Assembly (NCBI GenBank): GCA_002269645.1
Contig: NIVC01002576.1
Span: 1 to 58,760 of the forward strand
Reading direction: 5' to 3'
Source of the DNA: Macrostomum lignano
Lineage: Eukaryota
Length of the DNA stretch: 58,760 nucleotides
Below the pieces are notes generated by a model. The model was not told the DNA's origin, searched no databases, and saw only the letters and a list, made by a program, of their open reading frames with translations. Position numbers and translations under genes: made by a program. Below, piece by piece: positions 50,004 to 58,760 of the stretch (position 1 is its first letter; every line of letters starts with the position of its first letter).

Positions 50004-51357
50004 GGCATGCATAGGCTGTTCGATAATGCGTCTCTATTGATAAAAGCCAGCGGGAATCCCAGAGCATCGCTGCGGTATTCAGAGCCACTCGAGCAGCACT
50101 CGCCCATCTCTCGCCCATTCCCCATTTCCAGTCGACTGCCTCCTGGGGGATATGGGAGCCGGCACAGCCGGTCTCTCTGAGCTCTGGGTAGGCAGTTTAC
50201 TGAAAAAATCTCCATATTTTAGCAGTCGCGATTCGACAGGCTAAAAGCATGACAATTTGTTCAAAATAGCCCGGGGCTCTGGCCGCAGAAAATCCTTCCC
50301 AATCCCGGGTCTCATCGAGAGCATTAGACAGTATTGACAAGCTCTCACAGAGATATCCATCTGTACATGGACAAAGTCTGCCGAGCCCCTTGGTTAACCA
50401 GCAACACTGGGCCAATTATGAATTGAGCGAATAACTTGGACCTGCCCCTGGCACACCAGTCAATCAATCAGTCTGGGACTGGGCCTGTGTGTATACTGTC
50501 TGAGCCCTGTGTTTAGATCTATTCTAGCGAGTGGGCATTGCGGCCAGACTATTTCTCTATATGGCGAACTGTTTGCCTAGGCAGGGTCGGGCCCCGGCCC
50601 CCTCCAGGCTTTCAGGCTCGTGTTTTTCTTTCTGTCATTCTTTCTCTCTCTCTCTCTCTCTCCGGTTCCCTTCTCGCCAAGACCCTAAGAAAGGCGAAAA
50701 GGAGGTTGGTTGGCTATCCACTGACAGGGACTTCTCGGACTAGAGATCTGGATAGGAAAACCAACGCTTACTAAATAGGTATCCGTCTAATATACCTTTA
50801 CGATCCGCGGTAAACTCTTGCGCCACAGACTCGCAGATACTCCAGTCCAGATATCGAGCTCCTAGACGTCCATGCCCTCCTAGCCCTGTCTTGCCAGTTA
50901 AAAGGATAGGATAAGCAATGGAATAGTGTCTAGAAGTCTGCCCCTTCGGGGGGGGGGGGGTGCGGACCCACTTGGCGAAAGTCAACACTCTGCCCCGGCT
51001 CTAGGGGGGGGGGTGAATTTGACAGGCTTTGATTGACACCTGCCAATCTAGCTTGTAGTCGCACTGGCGGACGCAAGCTCTGACCCCGCGGGCCATTCTC
51101 AGCTCAATTCATGGAGCAGCAAAGGAGGGTCAGTGGCAGACAGGCTGATTGCATAATTCTGTTGAGCTGAGTCAGGTTTTTAAAATAACTGAACCGAGAC
51201 AAGTCAAGCAAGGCCCAGAGCTGGCAAATTTTGAATTCGTGTCTAAAATTGATAATTCACGAACCAGGTGGGGACGCAGGCACAGAAAAGTTCGTACAAG
51301 TTTTGTTTTTAAGTTGAACAACGTTGACGCATTTCACCAGACTTTAATCAGACTTCA

Positions 51358-51442
51358 CCTAACCCCAACCCTAACCCTAGCCCTAACCCTAACCCTAGCC
51401 CTAACCCTAACCCTAGCCCTAACCCTAACCCTAACCCTAACC
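51358..51442 (+). repeat. Short interstitial telomere-type (CCCTAA)n tract
   Basis: 14 hexamers, with a CCCTAG variant every third unit in the first part. Confidence 0.9.
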
Positions 51443-52029
51443 ATAAGATACGATTTCACTAAATAGACTAAATCCATTTGTAAAATTTCTAAACTTCCTA
51501 ATTCTGATATAAGACGAATGCAAAAAAGACAAAATCCCCATTTAAACTACTGCAAGTAGGTTTAGCGAATATAGCTGGAGAATCTCAAAAACTGTGCCGG
51601 ATATGCCGGCTGACTATAATTGGCATTGACAGCTAGTCACTGGCCGAACATGGAAATCCCTTCATTTTATTTCTCCCTTCCCAGCATGATTTGTTCCCCA
51701 TCGCGTCTAAGCTGAAACCTCGCCATTCTCGTGGGGATTCCAGAAGTTTCCATAGCTGGTCAAGAACTAGGGAAGCCACGCAGCGGGGATGCGATGGGCG
51801 CTGTCAATCAACTTCACTTTCCTCCTTCGTGTCTGATGCATCCACAGAATCTGCTGTTTATCTGAAATTCTCCATTGTTGGAATTTTCCCGATATTATTG
51901 CCAGATCAAACATCAAGTTAAAACCTTATCATAACTCATTCCAATTACAAAAGTTTGTTGTTAGTCTGAAACAAATCAATAATTTCAGGGACTTCTACGA
52001 TATAGATTTACCATAGAATAGAAAAGAGG

Positions 52030-52600
52030 ATCCTACCCCTAGGTCCTAAAATCCTCCGTTTTCTATTCTCCGCCCCTTCAACCCTCTGTTTTCCACTCTC
52101 CGCCCCTCCAATCCTCCGTTTTCTATTCTCCGCCCCTCCAATCCTCCGTTTTCTATTCTCCGCCCCTCCAATCCTCCGTTTTCTATTCTCCGCCCCTCCA
52201 ATCCTCCGTTTTCTATTCTCCGCCCCTTCAATCCTCCGTTTTCTATTTTCCGCCCCTTCAATCCTCCGTTTTCTACTCTCCGCCCCTTCAATCCTCTGTT
52301 TTCTACTCTCCGCCCCTTCAACCCTCCACCCTTTCAATCCTCTGCCCCTTCAACCCTCCACCCTTTCAATCCTCTGCCCCTTCAACCCTCCGCCCCTTCA
52401 ATCCTCTGCCCTTCAACCCTCCACCCTTTCAATCCTCTGCCCCTTCAACCCTCCACCCTTTCAATCCTCTGCCCCTTCAACCCTCCACCCTTTCAATCCT
52501 CTGCCCCTTCAACCCTCCGCCCCTTCAATCCTCTGCCCCTTCAACCCTCCACCCTTTCAATCCTCTGCCCCTTCAACCCTCCGCCCCTTCAATCCTCCGC
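52030..52600. repeat. 30-bp array grading into a 16-bp dimeric array
   Basis: aatcctccgttttctattctccgcccctcc, then accctccaccctttca/atcctctgccccttca. Confidence 0.92.
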
Positions 52601-52822
52601 TGCCCTTCTGCGGTCTTTTCTATTCTCTGGTAAGTTTATATCACAGAAGTCCCTGATAATTTTTAACAAGACCATCAACAAGAAGCTCAGAGATCGCATT
52701 GTCTATGGCATTTCCATTTTCAGCCTTGCTCGAACGCACCGAGTTCAATGCAGTTTTCGCCAGGAAAGCGAATTGGGGTAAAACAGACGTCAAAAGGCAA
52801 CAATCGCATTGTCAGAATAATC

Positions 52823-55800
52823 ATGAGCTCAACCGAAGTCAACGAACTATTCGTCCTGATCAGCCCGCCATCGCCTGACGCCAACACGAACGCGAACGAC
52901 GGCGTGCTGCAAGAGAGTCTCAGCAGCAGCGCCAGCGGCGGCAGCAACGGTCAGCGCCTCGAGTGCGGCTGCCCGCGCTACCGGCCTCGCGTACCGGAAG
53001 TGCAGAGCGTTGTGACGAGCGTCAGCCTGTCGCACTCGGTAGTGCAGGACCCCAACCGGGTGCTGGCGCAGCTGCCGAAGCAGCGCAAGAGGCCGGAGGA
53101 GCGGCTGTTCCTGCTGGACGCCTGGCTCCGCCGGCCGGCCCTGTATTACACTAGCGAGCTCATCCACGCCTTCATCGATGCGTTCAGCCCGCTACGCCTG
53201 CCAGCTGGCAAGAGGCTCATTCGCGAACGGGACCCCATCAAGCAGTGCTACCTGGTCTACAAAGGCCAGCTCAGGGCGTTGCGCAGTCACCCGGCGCCCT
53301 GCGGCCTGCAGTACCAGACCGGACTGCTTGAGTGCGGAGCCGAGCTGTTCTTTGACCCGCTGTGCATCGGCCAGGCCTCCCAGTTCAGCTGCGTGGCCGC
53401 CGAGGACTCGCTGCTGTTCTCCCTCGGCTTGAAGGACCTCGGCGGTTTGACGGCCGCGGCCAATGAGATCCGCCGGGGCGCCTTTCTCGAGTGCCTTCGC
53501 AGCATCAAGTACCTGCGGCCGCTGCCCGCTAGAGAGCTGCACGCCCTGGCTGAGAGCTGGGACGAGCCGTTAAAGGTGCGAATAGGAATTGTTAGTCTCA
53601 GTATCAATATATTGTTAATAGTGTGTTCAAAATTTTCCATGAAAGTTTTTAAAGTTGTCATTTACAGGCCGCAAAAGCATCCAAAGTAAATTTTCACGAT
53701 TCAAGAAGTGCATGGTAAATTAATCTATAAGAGTTTAAAAAGTTCAACATTTTTCTTGATAGTAGTAAACTACTACTAGTAGGATGATGCAAAAATTAAA
53801 AACTGCAGACCTACGACTACGAAGCCGGCTACGTGCTGCAAGAGGAAGGCTCGGTGCCCGACCGGCTCTTCTGCATCCTGCAGGGCGGAGTCAGCCTGAC
53901 CGACTCTCGCGGCTTCTCAGCGCGCCGCGGCGCCGGCCGGACAGTCTGCTGCCAGGCGCTGCTCCGCCTGCCGTCGCCCTACACCGCTACAGTCGAGGAG
54001 CTTTCAACTCTAGTCAGCCTTGAAGTCGGCCTGTGCCCCGATCGATCTTCAACCAGCTGATTGAGGATTCCGAAGCGCTGGAGCGCGCCTCCGAAGAGCT
54101 CCGCTCTGAATTGACCCGCGACGAAGAGGAGGCTGCAGCAGCCGCGGCCGCCGCGGCCGATGCCGAGCAGATTGCCGAGGCCGCCGCTGCCGCCGAGGCC
54201 GAGCAAGCCCGGAGCAGGCTGAACCTGCCAGCCATTCACCGACGCTCCGTGCTGCGCCTGTGCCGAGTTCCGCAGCTCAGCGGCCTCCTGCGGCCAACTG
54301 AACTGGACGGCCTCTTCGGCGACCGGGTGCAGATGGCGACGCATATTTTGACGCTACAGAAAAATGACTGCCTTTACGCAGAGGGCATCGACTACGCGAA
54401 GTATGTGTACGTTGTACTGGAAGGCGAGCTGCGCGAGACGGCGCCGGTGGGGCCGGACGGGTCGCACGCCCTGCTGGGAATCGTCAGGCGCGGCGGCTGC
54501 GCCTGCCTGGAGTCGCTGCTGCTTCAGAGCGCCTGCCACTGCCAGCGTTCCGCCTACGCCAACACGGCCTGCACGGTGGTTGCGCTGGACGTCGATGCCA
54601 TGGAGGAGGGCCTCTGCCGCAGTTTCATCTCGGTGATGAAGCGAAGAACGGAGACGTTCCGTCGGTGTGTTGGCGCTGCCCAGCTGACAGCGGTAGACGA
54701 GGATCGAGCCTTCCGGGACGAGGTGTTTCCGCCGACTAGGGACGAGCTCCTGAGCAGCGAGCAAAGCGGCGGTCTGCCAGCCGGCCGGGACGAGCTCACC
54801 TTCAAGGCCTTGGCGGTGATGCGCTTGGTGGCTGCCCAGATTCAACAGATGCTGGAGCCCCTTGGCGATGATGTTCTGACTGCGAGCGAACTGAGGTCAC
54901 TGCGGCTTTGCCATCGGGCGGTTATTCTGGGCGGCCGTGGCGGCGGCCGATTCTCCGACGGAGACCTGATGGTCACAGAGGAGGCCTCGCGCAGGCGGAT
55001 CATCTACTTCTTGCAGAGCGGCGAGGCGGAGGTGACTCACACAGCGCGCTGCGGCGGTGGAAGCGGCTGCATCTCGCAGGTTTGAAATATCATTGAAGCC
55101 CAATTGAAACTCGCAGGAACTCTCGGGAAATCTCTCTATATTTTTCAGGAACGGACAGAGACTCGCCCGGCTGGCAGTCTGCTGTGCCCCGAGCAGCTCT
55201 ACCTGCCGGCCGTGTGCTGCTTCGAAGCTCGCGCGAAGCAGGACGGCACGGAGCTCGCCTTAGTCAATCAGCACGTCCTTGAGACGGCAATTGGCTGCGA
55301 ATTTCGCGACATTTTCCTGCGCCGGCCGGACGCTTTTCGAGCCTACCTGGCGGCCAGGTACCCCAGCGCAGCGGAGGCCGACCTGCAGCTGCTAACCGCC
55401 GCAGCATCGGCCGAGTCGTTGCCAGCGGCTGCTGGCAGAGTCTACGCCTTCGGCCTTGAAGCCCTGATGTGCCATCAGCAAGTGGGACGGCTGTTCACCG
55501 ACCGCGAGCTGCAGAGGCTGAGGGCCAGCCAAGCCAGCATAATGTCGTGCATCGATGAGAAGCAGCCGAACCAGAGCATCTTCTTGGAGGTGGGCGAACG
55601 GTTAAACAGACATTCTTTTGTGCATTCTTTCGTCGTATCCTTATCAGACACGCACGAGCTATGAACTCCAACAGCTTCCTTTTCTCTCTTTTCAATCAGA
55701 TAAAATGAGTCACTGTGTCTTGATGCGACTGAACAAGGAACCTGCATTAGTGACCACAGTACCCAATATTCTTGCCCCTTTAGCTCATATTCTGAGCTCT

Positions 55801-56366
55801 TCCTTCTCTTTTTCCTCTCCTGCCAGGGCTCGGACCAGATCACCAGCCTCTTCATCGTCTACTCCGGTCGCGTCACCAGCTCGGCCACCCCGGGGCCCAA
55901 CCGGCCAAGCCAGCTGCTGGACACGCACGAGCCCGGCGAGTTGGTTGGCACCGAGGCGATGCTCCGACAGGGTCTGCGATCGACCTCCGCGTACGCAGCC
56001 TCAGCTACGGAGCTCATCGTTGTGCCCGTTGACAAGCTGGAAGCGGTAGTCGGCGCCACGGTGTCCGAGCTCCTGGCTCGAGACCAGGACGTCGCGCTCG
56101 CCCTTTTCCGTCGGATCTTCCAGCCGGGCGTGCCGCTGCCGCGCGACGGCTGGCGGCCTGGCGTGGAGCCGCAGCGGCTTCAGCAGCTGCAGTCGGCAGC
56201 GGCGGTCACGGCGGCGGCGGCGGCGGAAAGCTGCGGCAGGCGGCTGCGCGGTCGGCACCTGCGCGTTGAAGCCGAGATTCTTCGCGAATCGGAAGGCGGA
56301 GGAGGCCGGATGAGCTGCGAGTACTCGGCTGGCGCCCCGTGGACTGACGATAAGCAAATTTCTTAG
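52823..56366 (+). CDS. Protein with five tandem cyclic-nucleotide-binding-like domains (about 1000 aa, 4 exons); one apparent 1-bp frameshift
   Basis: Exons 52823-53575, 53809-55079, 55149-55589, 55827-56366. Repeated CNB beta-roll patterns: LIRERDP...YLVYKGQL; LQEEGS...FCILQGGV; LYAEG...YVVLEGEL; MVTEE...YFLQSGEAEV; IFLEGS...FIVYSGRV...GELVGTEAML...RSTS. Frame break at 54036-54039. The 5' end may extend upstream. Confidence 0.75.
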
Positions 56367-57259
56367 CCATCTGGCGTGGACTACTATAAGTAGCATGGAT
56401 TGCAGTCCATGCTAGTAGAAGTAGAAAACCAGCAACTTTGCCGGTTTGGCAGTGATATGAAAAGTTTCCATTGCCATATAGCTCATATTCATAAAATGTG
56501 CTTGTTTATTTTATTTTTCTTCTCCATTCGGTAACTTTGTCTATTGCATTGTTTTGTTTTTTGGTTTGCAGTGCCTTACAAGGAGTATTTATTCAGTAAA
56601 TATTTCAAACTAAATGTTTCCTTACTGTTAATAGAGAATTTATTCTGCACTTTGAAGCTATAAACTTGCTTAAGGATTTTAGAATAACTATAAGCAACAA
56701 CTGACATGCTGAAATATACATTACTATTCCACCCGTCTGCTGTAAGTAGTGTGGCGTACAATCTAATCTATTTAACCCAAAAAAACGCCTATCAAAGCGA
56801 CGAAAAACGTGTGCAGCGATTGATTGTACGGACGCGCGCGTGTATTTAACAGTGCGAGGCCTGCCTCCACCTCGCTGTGCTTTTGCACAAAAATTAAAAA
56901 AAAACAACACAACGAACAACAATGTACATCCGAGAGTAATTATGTGTCTGGGCACACTCGGTGCCCGTGTCTAACGGGGGACTGTAAGCAAGCACAACAA
57001 CAATAAAATAAATCGAAATTGTGTGTGACATGGAGATCCAGGAAGTGACTGGACAGGGCGCTGAATCGAACCAATGTGCTGCTGCGCGATCGACAAGGAA
57101 CCGGTGTATTAGTTTCAGTTTAGGGCAGGCGTCAGAAAACTCCGGCCGCGAAGCCTGTCTATCCGGCCCACGGTCCTTTGAAACTTCACACAATAGCAAT
57201 CCTGCCGTTTTTGTGTCTTCTCTCAGCTCGCTTCTCTCTAATCTCCTCTCTCTTTTTAC

Positions 57260-57610
57260 ATCTCCTCCCCTCTCCTCCCCTCTCCTCCTCTCCTCTCCTC
57301 TCCTCTCCTCTCCTCTCCTCTCCTCTCCTCTCCTCTCCTCTCCTCTCCTCTCCTCTCCTCTCCTCTCCTCTCCTCTCCTCTCCTCTCCTCTCTCTCCTCT
57401 CCCTTCTCTTCTCTCTTCTCTCCTCTCCTCTCCTCTCTCCTCTCCTCTCCTATCCTCTCCTCTCCTCTCCTCTCTCTCCTCTCCTCTCCTCTCCTCTCCT
57501 CTCCTCTCCTCTCCTCTCCTCTCCTCCTCCTCCTCTCCTCTCCTCTCCTCTCCTCTCCTCTCCTCCCCCTCTCCCCCCCTCTCTTCTCCTCTCTCTCAAC
57601 CTCTTCTCTC
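57260..57610. repeat. (CTCCT)n low-complexity array
   Basis: 5-bp periodicity. Confidence 0.95.
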
Positions 57611-58136
57611 CTCCTCTAGCCCGCAGCCATATACGCTGGGTTCTCAATCTGGCTCTTGAGGTTAAAATTTGCCGACCCCAGTTTTAGGGGATAATAAACA
57701 GACACAAGTAGTTCATGGATGGATTGGCGTCAGCTGCAATGTGCAGTTAGGGGTGCACATGAAAATTTCAAACGAGAAGAGAGGGAAGCGTTGCAATCCT
57801 ATATGCGCTATCACTGCACTAGTGAAGCAGTTTAACTATAGACACTGCAGGCGGAAATAGCGAGGCAATGTGCCACAGTCTGTTTGCAGCTGTGCTCAAC
57901 TGGGCATGGCCTTAAATATGATAATATATTGCGACAATTTTAATATATGAGACTCTGCGCGGGTATCTGCTAGGGGAAGCAGACTGGTTCATCTAACTGA
58001 CACTTGTTTGCTCCGATCAAAGGATATCCAGACTCCCTTTCGACATCATAGTTCTAGTTACGCAATAGAGCAGCTGCAACAAAAATCGAAATCAGCAGGT
58101 ATTGTGCAGAGAAATCGGCGCGAAGCCAGCAGCTCT

Positions 58137-58364
58137 TCAAGTGGTGCTCGTCCGGCCGGCTCGCCTGGTTGAAACGACCGTCACATCCGGGTTGGCGGCG
58201 CTGGAAAGTGAAGCGGCTCTGGCCGATGGCAGAGTTCCCATGGGGATGCTGTCTCTCGGCGGGACGCTCGAGTACACGGTGGGCCGGTTGTCAATGGACG
58301 GCCGGCTGAGACGGTTGTTGCCAAAACCGCGACGGTCCATGGACTTGCGTATGAGTGTCGTCAC
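58137..58364 (-). CDS. Probable terminal exon of an unidentified minus-strand gene
   Basis: Acceptor cttccaatccag|GTG, then 75 open codons with the GC-rich composition of the other exons, ending TGA. Ser/Arg/Thr-rich; no recognisable domain. Confidence 0.45.
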   Translation of the reverse strand: MTTLIRKSMDRRGFGNNRLSRPSIDNRPTVYSSVPPRDSIPMGTLPSARAASLSSAANPDVTVVSTRRAGRTSTT

Positions 58365-58760
58365 CTGGATTGGAAGCCAGTTTTTTGACGAACTATTCGA
58401 TTAGAGTTATCGATGAAAGTTAGAGGCCTCAGAAATCAGAAGCGATTGAATAGATGGCTAATGAATGCTATACTTAGAAACTTTCACTTTAATCAAGAAA
58501 AATTTCCCAGAGATGTACGACATGCCGAGAGGGAAATGTCTGAAAAATTTGCAGAAAAAAAATCTGCAGGAAATTTCAAATTAGCTGGGATTGCAGTTCG
58601 GAGAGCGTACGTGGATACGTATGTACTTTTATAAGAACTATAACTTGCTCCAATTTATTTGAGCCTTAATGAAGCTTTAGATGACGACAGAGACCCGTAA
58701 GAATTTGACGGGAGGAAGAAGTCGCCCGCTTCAAATAGTAGAGATTGGTTGATACGCTGA

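Overview
Eukaryotic (metazoan) genomic DNA, not prokaryotic. There are spliced genes with GT-AG introns and TTAGGG-type repeats. The gene set and repeat landscape would fit a free-living flatworm such as Macrostomum, but this is inference only. Hand-assembled exon chains give seven genes. On +: CHK2 (5'-partial), two tandem globins, a secreted C-type lectin/PAN-like protein, a highly divergent Wnt, and a roughly 1000-aa protein with five cyclic-nucleotide-binding-like domains (one frameshift). On -: a kexin/furin-family proprotein convertase. There is also one probable terminal exon of an unknown minus-strand gene. About 16 kb (roughly 27%) is tandem repeat, and 14 of the 16 introns longer than 250 nt carry their own micro/minisatellite. 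One array multiplies a splice donor 32 times and another multiplies an acceptor-like unit. Mobile DNA includes an intact DD34D mariner, a 5'-truncated RNase H LINE inserted in a minisatellite, a tRNA-headed SINE (3 copies) and CCATAGAC-ended MITEs. The 9.7-kb CHK2 intron holds remnants of hAT, Tc1-like, CMC/EnSpm-like, Gypsy, mariner and a tyrosine-recombinase element. All homology calls come from motif recognition by eye, with no database searches.
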